From positions 14,695 through 78,694 of the forward strand of contig JAKACX010000005.1 in NCBI GenBank assembly GCA_021821055.1: DNA of 64,000 bases. Direction: 5' to 3'. Numbering within the stretch: the stretch's first letter is position 1; each line of letters begins with the position of its first letter. Under the pieces are notes generated by a model. It saw only the letters and a list, made by a program, of their open reading frames with translations, was not told the origin of the DNA and ran no database searches. Below are positions 19,344-27,593 of this stretch, piece after piece. The stretch comes from Bacillota bacterium. GTDB lineage: Bacteria; Bacillota; Bacilli; Alicyclobacillales; SLC66. A program made the position numbers and the translations under genes.

Positions 19344-20284
19344 GCCTGGAGAAGGTCTCGCGGGTGTTGTCGGGCGTTGGCGGGGTGGGCGCGAAGAGGC
19401 GCGAGGATGCGGGCGTCGCGGCTGACAGGTTGCGGGCGTTGCTTCCTTCTGTGGCGCAACTCGGTCTGTCCGATGAGGCACTGTTGCGCGCAGGCCCCAC
19501 TTTGCTGGAATTGGTGCGGCAGGAAGAGATCTGCGGCGCTTGCCGCGGGTACGAATTGTGCGGCAAGACAGGCGATGCTCGTGGAATGGTGGACCGTCCG
19601 GTGGTGTACGCCGGCGAACTTGTCGTGGAATCGTCGCACTGCCGTCCGTTTTTCGATTATATGGCAATGAGAAGGGCGCAGAGATTTGGCGCGTACTCGT
19701 CGCTCGGCGGCGCTGAAAAGCGGATGACCTTCGCAAATTTTCCGGATGTGCAAAGAAGGCGGAGTCCAAGACTCTATGAGGCAGCCTGGAAACTGGCCCA
19801 CGAGTATCAGGCAGGCCAGGAAGCAAAGGGTCTGTTTGTGTTCGGGCCGGCGGGAGTCGGCAAGACACACCTGCTCCTTGCCGTGGCGAATCAGTTGACG
19901 GAGCGGCGAGTGGCTACCATTTTCGTGCAGGTGGAGGCATTGTTTGATCGGCTGCGCAGCGCGATCGGTGAGGGGAGGGACGTTGACGCGATTCTGGAGG
20001 CCTTTTCGACCGTGCCCGTGCTGATCCTGGACGAACTGGGACAGGAGCGGGCCAACGAGTTCACGCTCGAAAAGCTCTTTCGCATAGTCAACCAGCGTTT
20101 TGCGACGGGGCTGCCAACCTTGTATTCCAGTAATTATGCGCCTCCCGACCTGTATCGTCGCCTGTCGGAGGACTTCATGAATATTGTTGATCCCTTGCGC
20201 AGCCGCGTCATCGGCATGAGCAGGGTCGCTTATCTTGACGGTGAAGATCACCGCATCGCCAACATGGAACTGCTCGACCTGTAG
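19340..20284 (+). CDS. DnaI/DnaC-family AAA+ ATPase (helicase-loader-like) with N-terminal Cys cluster
   Basis: CGACRGYELCGK...HC Zn-finger-like N-domain; Walker A GPAGVGKTHLL, Walker B LILDELG, SSN sensor; ATGA overlap with asnB stop (19340-19343). Confidence 0.75.
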   Translation: MSLEKVSRVLSGVGGVGAKRREDAGVAADRLRALLPSVAQLGLSDEALLRAGPTLLELVRQEEICGACRGYELCGKTGDARGMVDRPVVYAGELVVESSHCRPFFDYMAMRRAQRFGAYSSLGGAEKRMTFANFPDVQRRRSPRLYEAAWKLAHEYQAGQEAKGLFVFGPAGVGKTHLLLAVANQLTERRVATIFVQVEALFDRLRSAIGEGRDVDAILEAFSTVPVLILDELGQERANEFTLEKLFRIVNQRFATGLPTLYSSNYAPPDLYRRLSEDFMNIVDPLRSRVIGMSRVAYLDGEDHRIANMELLDL

Positions 20285-20349
20285 GGGTTGCGCGGCGATG
20301 CGGCCGGCGTGCGGGGAGACGGGAGACGCGGACAATGCTTGTACGTTTG

Positions 20350-20736
20350 CTACGGCGGCATATCATGTACGACCCGGGAAATGGGTCTGTGCCAGCCGGC
20401 AGGTCTGTGCCAGCCGCTGGGTCTGTGCCAGCCGCTGGGTCTGTGCCAGCCGCTGGGTCTGTGCCAGCCGCTGGGTCTGTGCCAGCCGCTGGGTCTGTGC
20501 CAGCCGCTGGGTCTGTGCCAGGCGCCCGCATCCCTTTGCTCCTGCTCAGACAGCGCGGCTGCGCCGCGAAACTCGCGACGAGCAAAGGGACACGGGCGAC
20601 CCAGCAATCCTATGTCTTGCCGCTGGCCCACCGCGGTGTTGGCGTGCGGACGTGACACAGGGGATTTTCATCCTCCGCTCTCGGCGCGCCCGCGCCATGG
20701 CGGTCTACCCGGAAAATGAACATGGCGGGGGTCCGG
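20350..20736 (+). repeat. Composite dispersed repeat, copy A (X-Y-Z-X architecture)
   Basis: 20509-20612 nearly identical to 31842-31935; CGCGCCATGGCGGTCTACCCGGAAAATG (20691-20718) recurs at 31813-31839 and 32053-32080. Confidence 0.85.
20383..20526. repeat. 18-bp tandem repeat, 8 copies
   Basis: GGGTCTGTGCCAGCCGCT x8 (first and last copies variant), head to tail from 20383; it is the amplified 5' end of the Y segment. Confidence 0.95.
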
Positions 20737-20983
20737 CCATTGCTCACAGGACCATCGTTACACTACCTTCTCCGCCAGCCGTCCTTACGCCATACCGCAA
20801 ATGCAATCGTTGTCGGGGGGTGTAACGTCATGGATGGCTACTCAGGCGGCCATGTTGATGTTGTGCTGAGGAGAGTAGCGCAAGCCCAGGATGTCGCGCG
20901 CGAAGGTCGCGCAGGTCACCTTGGTGCACGATAGGCACTGGATTTGGTGCAACCCCTCCCATACCCTTCCATTCTATCGAGTG

Positions 20984-21190
20984 TTAGCACTGGTTTTTGG
21001 TGCCGTGCGTGGAATCAGCCCAAGAAGTAGTTCTAAAATGGGAACGATTAGGTGGCTTACGCACAGTTCTTGCGCTTATGCTACCTGCCCCCGCCGTCCG
21101 TGCCGCCAGCAGGCCGTGCAGGGGTGAATCGCATCCCCCACACCTGTTGATCGAAGTGATGTTCGTTGCATTGTGTAGTGGAATATACAT
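20984..21190 (-). CDS. Hypothetical 68-aa ORF with canonical SD
   Basis: GGAGGA (reverse complement of 21196-21201), 5 nt, ATG (21188-21190); lies in a lower-GC island; product MYIPLHNATNITSINRCGGC... has no motif I recognise. Confidence 0.2.
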   Translation of the reverse strand: MYIPLHNATNITSINRCGGCDSPLHGLLAARTAGAGSISARTVRKPPNRSHFRTTSWADSTHGTKNQC

Positions 21191-21387
21191 GTTTATCCTC
21201 CCGGATCTTCCTGACTCGCCTCCCCACCAGAGTCCGCGTCAGTTTCCCCTGCATTCTTTACAAGCTGTTCAGCCAACCAGTGTTCCTAAGGTCGACGGCG
21301 CCCCGTACAATGAGACATGACGTTTTTATTCGCCAAGGCACTGCGTCGGACACTCGGGGCGATGTGGACGGATCCGGTTTGCGACGC

Positions 21388-21438
21388 GTGTGCCACCCGT
21401 GCGCCACCCGTGCGCCCACCCGTGCGCCACCCGTGCGT
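21388..21438. repeat. 11/12-bp tandem repeat, about 4.5 copies
   Basis: GTGTGCCACCC GTGCGCCACCC GTGCGCCCACCC GTGCGCCACCC GTGCGTTAC. Confidence 0.9.
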
Positions 21439-21584
21439 TACGTGACTCCCTTCGGGTTCCGACAGTCTACCTTTTTTCGAACGCGCTCACGTACTTGTCT
21501 CCGACAGTATTTGCTGATCTGTCTGATGGCAGACAGATCGCACGTCCTGCCGCAACCTGTCCACTACCGACTGTTGACCTGCTG

Positions 21585-22700
21585 TCAATCTGCGGTGGGC
21601 GGTCGCGAGAGGTAGACCAACGCGAACTGGGTGGGCCTGATCGCAATCTTGGGCTCGGTGCGCCACAGGATCTCCGCGCGCCGCAGTTCCCGCTCGGCGG
21701 CCCGCGAAAATGCCTCCTCGCGGGCTGTCTCGGCTGTCTCGGCTGTCCCGGCTGTCTCGGCTGTCCCGCGGGGCCCCTCGTAGGCCACGTTAGATGGCCG
21801 GACTATGCCCGTGTCTACGACCTCCGCATGGACCGACGCGACATCCCCACTGACCGACGCGACGGCCGCCCCACCGGCCGCCCCACCGAGTGCGCGGTGG
21901 GCCGCCCCGAATCTGCCTCCTCCCCCACCGGCTACCCCATCGATTTCGGTTCGGTGATCCGAAGCAGAGTTTGCCGGGGATGGAGCAGGTTGCCTTCGGC
22001 CAGCAGGAACGTCCTGCTCTAAAGAACTGTAATAGGCGTCGAGGCGGGCCAGTTCGTTCGCGAGTCGGCGCTCGGCCTCACGCGCCCAAGTTTGATCCCG
22101 TCGGCCGATATCAGTCTTCACTCGATCCTCGACAAGCGTGAAGAGCGCGTCGAGGTCATACGGGACAGGAGCAATTTGTGTCGCCTTCGGACGCTCGTCC
22201 TGTATCCGGCGGAGTTCCAGGTGTTTCATGGCGTCCGGATAGACGCGCAGATCACGCAGATCGACGGCGTACGATTCCAGAAAGTCCTGGCGCACATCGC
22301 AGACGTAGGAGACCTTGACGGAGAACACGGCGAACGGCGTAACGCAAGGAGCATCCTCGTAACCGACGGCGAACGATCCTCTGCTCTTCGCGCTTGCCAG
22401 GATGCGCATGAAGCGGTAGCAGCCGGGTGTGATGAGTTCCGGCTTGGCGCCGTCGGGGACCGCGAGTTCCGGAGCGTCAGGCTGGAACTTCAGATACAGC
22501 ACCGTGTTAGGCGGCGTCTCCTTCATGGCCTCCACCCACATCCAGTAAAATGGACGGTCCGTGAGTTCCTTGTCGATCTCGCGAGGCAATTGCGCGCACA
22601 AGACACCCGGAGGAGCGGAGAACATCGTCGCCCCGACGTGGGTGAAATAGCGCAGACAAAAATCATACAATCGAGCACTTTGGTCAGGAGCAACTGTCAT
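21585..22700 (-). CDS. yqhG: YqhG-family protein with low-complexity insertion
   Basis: MTVAPDQSARLYDFCLRYF...DRPFYWMWVEAM...; adjacent to SNF2 helicase as B. subtilis yqhG-yqhH; ATG at 22698-22700 (track ORF starts 7 codons earlier). Confidence 0.7.
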   Translation of the reverse strand: MTVAPDQSARLYDFCLRYFTHVGATMFSAPPGVLCAQLPREIDKELTDRPFYWMWVEAMKETPPNTVLYLKFQPDAPELAVPDGAKPELITPGCYRFMRILASAKSRGSFAVGYEDAPCVTPFAVFSVKVSYVCDVRQDFLESYAVDLRDLRVYPDAMKHLELRRIQDERPKATQIAPVPYDLDALFTLVEDRVKTDIGRRDQTWAREAERRLANELARLDAYYSSLEQDVPAGRRQPAPSPANSASDHRTEIDGVAGGGGGRFGAAHRALGGAAGGAAVASVSGDVASVHAEVVDTGIVRPSNVAYEGPRGTAETAGTAETAETAREEAFSRAAERELRRAEILWRTEPKIAIRPTQFALVYLSRPPTAD

Positions 22701-22900
22701 GCTGACGCACCCCTTCTCCACCAGACTTGAGGCGTAATTCTCGTGATCGAACGAATTGCGTGACCGCGCGCCGGCGCCCCGCGTCGGACCGAGTGAGCGC
22801 GCCCCAGGGACCCCTTACGGACAGGCGCTCCTTACAGACAGACCCCATCGCGCGAGTGCGGCACCCGCAGCAGGATCACAATGAGCCTGGGGGAGGGTCC

Positions 22901-22960
22901 ATGTGCTGGACCGTCGCGAGTTGTGCGGCGCAGCCACGCTGTTTGGGCGGGGGCACAGCA
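22901..22960 (-). repeat. Short inverted copy (C) of the Y core of the composite repeat
   Basis: Reverse complement ...CTGTGCCCCCGCCCAAACAGCGTGGCTGCGCCGCACAACTCGCGACGG... versus Y: CTGTGCCAGTCGCCC...ACAGCGCGGCTGCGCCGCGAAACTCGCGACGA. Confidence 0.7.
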
Positions 22961-23049
22961 TGTGGGCCATCCCCAGCCACAGGCCTGGGCAAAGCCATTT
23001 TCAAGATAGGCGCCCCCGCGGCCCGGCGCCCGTCACGGATCGGAGCCCC

Positions 23050-24696
23050 TTACAAGGAGGCGTCCTTCACCTGGACGCGCCGGGAGAGCGCCGAGAGACG
23101 GGCCCGGACCTCGAGGTCGTCTGAGCTCTCCATGAAGGTGCTCATCAGGTCGTTCTCGAACGCCTTCGGGCCGAGAATCACGTCGAGTTCGCCGATGACG
23201 GTCTCAAACATGCGGATCTTGTCCTGCAGCAGACTGACAATGTGCTCCTCGATGGTGCCCGCCGTCGCGAAGTTGTGGATAAACACGGGCCTGGTCTGTC
23301 CCAGTCTGTGCACGCGCCCGATGCGCTGCTCGATGCGCATCGGATTCCATGGCAGGTCGTAGTTGATCACCTGATTGCAAAACTGCAGGTTGATCCCCTC
23401 TCCGCCAGCTTCAGTCGCGACCAGAACCTGCGCCCTGTGTTCAAACAGGTCCTTCATCCAGTCCTTCTTCCCGCGGTTGTAACCCCCGCGGTAGAGAACG
23501 GCCTTGACGCCCGACTGTTGCAGCATGTAGAGCAGGAAGTCCTGCGTCGCCCGATATTCAGTGAATATGATGAGCTTCTCGGGTGTACTGCGCACGATCT
23601 CCGTGACCTTGTTCACCTTGGAGTAGCCCGGCACGGATTCCGCCTGGTGATACAGTTCCTGCAGGCGGACGCGGTTGTCTTGCGCAAGGCGGCGGTCTTT
23701 GAGCATCGTCTCAATGGTGCACATCGCCGCGTACGAACTGCTGCAGATTTCGCGCTGCAATGTGATGAGCGAGAGCACGCTGCGACGACTCTCCCTGCGC
23801 CGCACGTACTCCTCTCGCACGAAGCTCGTGACAGCGTCGTACAGTTCCCGTTCCTCCCGCGTCAGTTCGAGCCGCACGGCCTCCACCGTCCGTTCGGTGA
23901 ACTCGACGCCGGAGTCCTGGCGCCGGTTGCGCACCATCACCTCCTGAATCGCGCCGCGCAGAACCGTCGGGTTTTTCGCCGTGCGCTGACCTTCGACGTG
24001 CGCCGCGGCGAAATCCGTGGAATTGCCGAGTTGACCCGGACGCAGAAGATTGATGAGGTTGTACAGTTCGCGCATATCGTTCTGCATCGGCGTCGCCGTG
24101 ACGAGCAGCAGGTATTTTTTGCGCAACTGATTGACAATCTGCCAGTTGCGCGTCCTGGTGTTCTTCAACTTGTGCGCCTCGTCCACGATGACGAGGTCGT
24201 ACACCTGTCCCAGCACGGCGGTGCGGTGCGGGTCCCGCTTGGTCGTGTCAAGTGACGCGACAAGCACGTCGTACGTTTCCCACGACCAGGCGTTGCGCTG
24301 GGCAAAAGCCTGGATGCCGAATTTCTCGTTCAGTTCGCGCGTCCACTGCAGCACGAGCGAGGCGGGCACGAGGACGAGCGCTTTTTTCACCAGACCGCGC
24401 ACCATGTACTCCTTTAAGATGATGCCCGCCTCGATGGTCTTGCCGAGGCCCACCTCGTCGGCAAGCAGGGCGCGGCCGCGCAGTTCATTGATCACCCGGA
24501 CGGCCGTGGCCACCTGGTGGGCGAACGGCACGACGTTCGGCAGTTGGGAGAGGCAGGTGAGGCCGTCAAACGACAGTGACAGAGAATCTGTCTCCGCTTC
24601 ATGGGCGAGACGAAAGATGGACCATTTCCCGGCCGGCATACCGCCGCGCGACGCGAGAGTCTCTTGCAGATCGTGGTTGTTCTCGTAGCGGTTCAT
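23050..24696 (-). CDS. yqhH: SNF2/RAD54-family helicase (YqhH-like)
   Basis: LADEVGLGKT (motif I), DEAH (IVDEAHKLKN), C-terminal helicase motifs QRIGRVHRLGQ; ATG 24694-24696 after GGGAGGG. Confidence 0.9.
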   Translation of the reverse strand: MNRYENNHDLQETLASRGGMPAGKWSIFRLAHEAETDSLSLSFDGLTCLSQLPNVVPFAHQVATAVRVINELRGRALLADEVGLGKTIEAGIILKEYMVRGLVKKALVLVPASLVLQWTRELNEKFGIQAFAQRNAWSWETYDVLVASLDTTKRDPHRTAVLGQVYDLVIVDEAHKLKNTRTRNWQIVNQLRKKYLLLVTATPMQNDMRELYNLINLLRPGQLGNSTDFAAAHVEGQRTAKNPTVLRGAIQEVMVRNRRQDSGVEFTERTVEAVRLELTREERELYDAVTSFVREEYVRRRESRRSVLSLITLQREICSSSYAAMCTIETMLKDRRLAQDNRVRLQELYHQAESVPGYSKVNKVTEIVRSTPEKLIIFTEYRATQDFLLYMLQQSGVKAVLYRGGYNRGKKDWMKDLFEHRAQVLVATEAGGEGINLQFCNQVINYDLPWNPMRIEQRIGRVHRLGQTRPVFIHNFATAGTIEEHIVSLLQDKIRMFETVIGELDVILGPKAFENDLMSTFMESSDDLEVRARLSALSRRVQVKDASL

Positions 24697-24833
24697 GTCT
24701 GGCGAACCCTCCCATCTTCCAGTATGTCCGTTTGTTTGTGTGGCAATAAGACGACTTTCCCTGTATACTGTGACTGCCAGCGTGACGCGCGGAGCGTCGC
24801 GCGGCTGGACCATCATACACGCGAATGAAGATT

Positions 24834-25016
24834 GCGGGAGAGAGCGGTTGCGACCGCCGCCGAAGGAGCAATCCGGGAAGCCGATCCCGGAGAATCTCTC
24901 AGGCAAGCCGTACCGTAATGTGACGCAACTCTGGAGAGCGCCGCGCAGGCGGCCACCAAAGGGGAAAGCTGCGACCGCAAACGCGGTTGCAGGTCAACTC
25001 TCAGGTAACGGGACAG
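24834..25016 (+). promoter_or_regulatory. Tandem glycine riboswitch (two aptamers)
   Basis: Aptamer 1 GGGAGAG...CACCGAAGGAGCAA...CTCTCAGGCAA; aptamer 2 CTCTGGAGAG...CACCAAAGGGGAAA...CTCTCAGGTAA...GGACAGAGG; directly upstream of gcvT. Confidence 0.85.
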
Positions 25017-25056
25017 AGGGGATGCCAGGCGGGTTCGCCTGCGCGTCCCCTTTTTT
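25017..25056 (+). terminator. Riboswitch expression-platform terminator
   Basis: GGGGAtgccaggcgggttcgcctgcgcgTCCCC followed by TTTTTT. Confidence 0.7.
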
Positions 25057-25103
25057 GCGTTGCCATTTGAGAGGGCATGCTTTTACCCGTGAGGAGGAGT
25101 GAG

Positions 25104-26216
25104 ATGACCTCAATACTTCGGCGCACCCCCCTCTTTCCTTTGTACGCGGGTCTCGGGGGTCGCACGGTGGATTTCAACGGCTGGCTGATGCCTCTCCAGT
25201 TTTCCGGGATCCTTGGTGAACATGCGGCGGTGCGGGAACGGGCGGGCCTGTTTGACGTGTCGCACATGGGCGAGATCGAAGTCAGTGGAGACCGCGCTCT
25301 TGCGGCGCTGCAGTGGATCTTGACCAATGACGCGTCGAAACTGGCCGTCGGCCGCGCGCTGTACAGTCCGGTGTGCCATGAAAACGGCGGAACGGTAGAC
25401 GATGTGGTGGTCTACAGACTGGCCGCAGACGATTACCTGGTCGTCGTCAACGCGGGAAATATTGAAAGAGACGTCGCGTGGTTCTCGCAACACGCGCGCG
25501 GGGCAAGAGTTGTCGACCGATCGGCGGAGTACGCCCAGTTGGCGCTCCAGGGGCCGCTCGCCGCCGCCATCTTGACAGATGCGGCGGTCGGAGGCACGGC
25601 GGACCTTGCCCACTACAGCTTTGCGCAAGGCGTATCGGTGTGCGGCCGTCCGTGTCTGGTCTCCCGGACCGGGTACACCGGGGAGGACGGCTTTGAACTC
25701 TACATGGCGCCGGACGACGCCCAGACGGTGTACACGGGCTTGCTTGAACACGGCGCCGCGCGGGGACTGTTGCCGGCGGGTCTCGGCGCGCGCGATACAC
25801 TGCGTCTGGAAGCCCGGTTACCGTTGTACGGGCACGAGTTGGCAGACGACATCACGCCGCTTGAGGCGGGGCTGCAGTCCTTCGTGAAGTGGGACAAAGG
25901 GGATTTTTGCGGCCGCGCGGCCCTCAGAGAGCAGCTGGACCATGGACTGGCGCGCAGGCTCCGGGGCCTCGCCGTGCTGGAGCGAGGCATCCCGCGCGCG
26001 GGTTACGCGATCCTTGCCGCACAGCAGGATTCCGCCGGCCCGCCGATCGGTTTCGTGACAAGCGGGACGATGAGTCCGACGCTCGGCGTGGGTATCGGAC
26101 TCGCGCTGTTGGAAGACGGACACGGAACCCCGGACGAGCGCGTCGCGGTGGACGTACGGGGCCGCGCTGTTGCGGCCAAGATTGTGAAGACGCCGTTTTA
26201 CCGGCGCACCACCTGA
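25104..26216 (+). CDS. gcvT: Glycine cleavage system T protein (aminomethyltransferase)
   Basis: ATG 25104 after GAGGAGGAG; MTSILRRTPLFPLY...GWLMPLQF...FDVSHMGE. Confidence 0.95.
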   Translation: MTSILRRTPLFPLYAGLGGRTVDFNGWLMPLQFSGILGEHAAVRERAGLFDVSHMGEIEVSGDRALAALQWILTNDASKLAVGRALYSPVCHENGGTVDDVVVYRLAADDYLVVVNAGNIERDVAWFSQHARGARVVDRSAEYAQLALQGPLAAAILTDAAVGGTADLAHYSFAQGVSVCGRPCLVSRTGYTGEDGFELYMAPDDAQTVYTGLLEHGAARGLLPAGLGARDTLRLEARLPLYGHELADDITPLEAGLQSFVKWDKGDFCGRAALREQLDHGLARRLRGLAVLERGIPRAGYAILAAQQDSAGPPIGFVTSGTMSPTLGVGIGLALLEDGHGTPDERVAVDVRGRAVAAKIVKTPFYRRTT

Positions 26217-26249
26217 CTGTCCGACATTGCCGCCGAGAGGAGTTGTCCC

Positions 26250-27593
26250 ATGAAATCATTCAGTTATCTGCCGCACACCGAATCCGACAGGAGAGCCATG
26301 CTCGACCGGATTGGCGTACAAGGCGTGGAGGACCTGTTTGCCGACATCCCGCCCGACATCCGGCTTGACCGGCCGCTCGCGCTCCCGCCGGCGCTCGGCG
26401 AGTGGGAACTGCTCCAGGACATGCGCAGTCTGGCGAATCGAAACCGGACCGTGGACGAGGCAATCTCGCTGCTCGGCGCCGGAGCGTACAATCACTTCAT
26501 TCCGAGCGCGGTTGACGCGATCGTGGGCCGGTCGGAGTTCTACACGTCCTACACGCCGTACCAGCCGGAACTCAGCCAGGGCATGCTGCAGGCGACGTTC
26601 GAGTACCAGAGCCTTGTCGCGGAACTGCTCGGACTTGACGCGGCCAACGCGTCGCTGTACGACGGCGCCACGGCCGTTGGGGAAGCGGCCGTCATGGCGT
26701 GCGCCCACACGCGGCGCAACCGGGTGCTCGTGTCCTCGACCGTGAACCCCGATTACCGCGCGGTCCTGCGGACGTATGCGCACGGGCAGCGCATCGACGT
26801 GACGGAACTGCGGGCCGGATACGAATTCGCGCCTGACGCGCTCGAACAGGAAATTGGCGGCGACTGCGCGGCCGTCATCGTCCAGTACCCCAATTTCTTC
26901 GGGTCGATCGAAGACGTGCGCACGCTCGCCGACATCGCGCACGGGGCGGGCGCCCTGTTCATTGTGAGCGCCAATCCGATCGCGCTCGGCGTCCTTGAGG
27001 CGCCGGGAAATCTGGGGGCGGACATCGCCGTGGCGGAAGGCCAGCCACTCGGCAACGCGCTCGCGTTTGGCGGGCCGTACCTCGGCGTGATTGCGGCGGA
27101 GCAGTCGCTCGTCCGGCGCCTTCCCGGCAGGATTGTCGGGCAGACCAGAGACGGCGAAGGCCGGCGCGGCTTTGTACTCACACTGCAGGCCCGCGAGCAG
27201 CACATCCGGCGGGAGAAGGCGTCGTCGAACATCTGCTCCAATCAGGCGCTAAACGCGCTGGCGGCCACGGTCTACCTGTCGTGCATGGGTCCGCAGGGCC
27301 TGCGCGAGGTCGCGCGGATGTGTGTGGACCATGCGCACTACGCCGCAGACCGGTTCGCGCGGGCGGGATTCCCGAAGGACGGCGAAGCGCCGTTTTTTCA
27401 TGAGTTCGTCTTGCCGCTCGGCCCGCGGGCCAAAGAGATCCGCGCCGACATGGCGGCCCACGGAATCTTCCCCGGCGTGGACCTCGGGGCGTACGGCCCG
27501 GATTTCGCCGACCGCTCGCTGGTGGCGTTCACGGAACTGGTCGGCAAAGAGCAGATTGACGCGGTTGCGGAACGATTGGAGGCGTGGGCGTGA
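26250..27593 (+). CDS. gcvPA: Glycine dehydrogenase (decarboxylating) subunit 1
   Basis: [23 protein letters not shown]...; typical split P-protein, follows gcvT. Confidence 0.95.
   Translation: MKSFSYLPHTESDRRAMLDRIGVQGVEDLFADIPPDIRLDRPLALPPALGEWELLQDMRSLANRNRTVDEAISLLGAGAYNHFIPSAVDAIVGRSEFYTSYTPYQPELSQGMLQATFEYQSLVAELLGLDAANASLYDGATAVGEAAVMACAHTRRNRVLVSSTVNPDYRAVLRTYAHGQRIDVTELRAGYEFAPDALEQEIGGDCAAVIVQYPNFFGSIEDVRTLADIAHGAGALFIVSANPIALGVLEAPGNLGADIAVAEGQPLGNALAFGGPYLGVIAAEQSLVRRLPGRIVGQTRDGEGRRGFVLTLQAREQHIRREKASSNICSNQALNALAATVYLSCMGPQGLREVARMCVDHAHYAADRFARAGFPKDGEAPFFHEFVLPLGPRAKEIRADMAAHGIFPGVDLGAYGPDFADRSLVAFTELVGKEQIDAVAERLEAWA

Noticed and set aside
20830-20960. Minus-strand reading ...LHQIQCLSCTKVTCATFARDILGLRYSPQHNINMAA* that looks protein-like
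   Set aside because: It is only about 40 codons between stops, with no start codon or SD, and I cannot match it to a family. It may be a gene remnant, but that cannot be supported without a database search.
22727-23362. 211-aa plus-strand ORF spanning the yqhG-yqhH spacer
   Set aside because: Its second half is antisense to the well-supported SNF2 helicase C-terminus. Its translation is Arg/Ser/Pro-rich and it has no SD.
24763-24776. 14-mer TATACTGTGACTGC shared with 39627-39640
   Set aside because: Both contain a -10-like TATACT. A single 14-nt coincidence among roughly 4e9 position pairs in 64 kb on both strands is expected by chance, and no flanking similarity exists.
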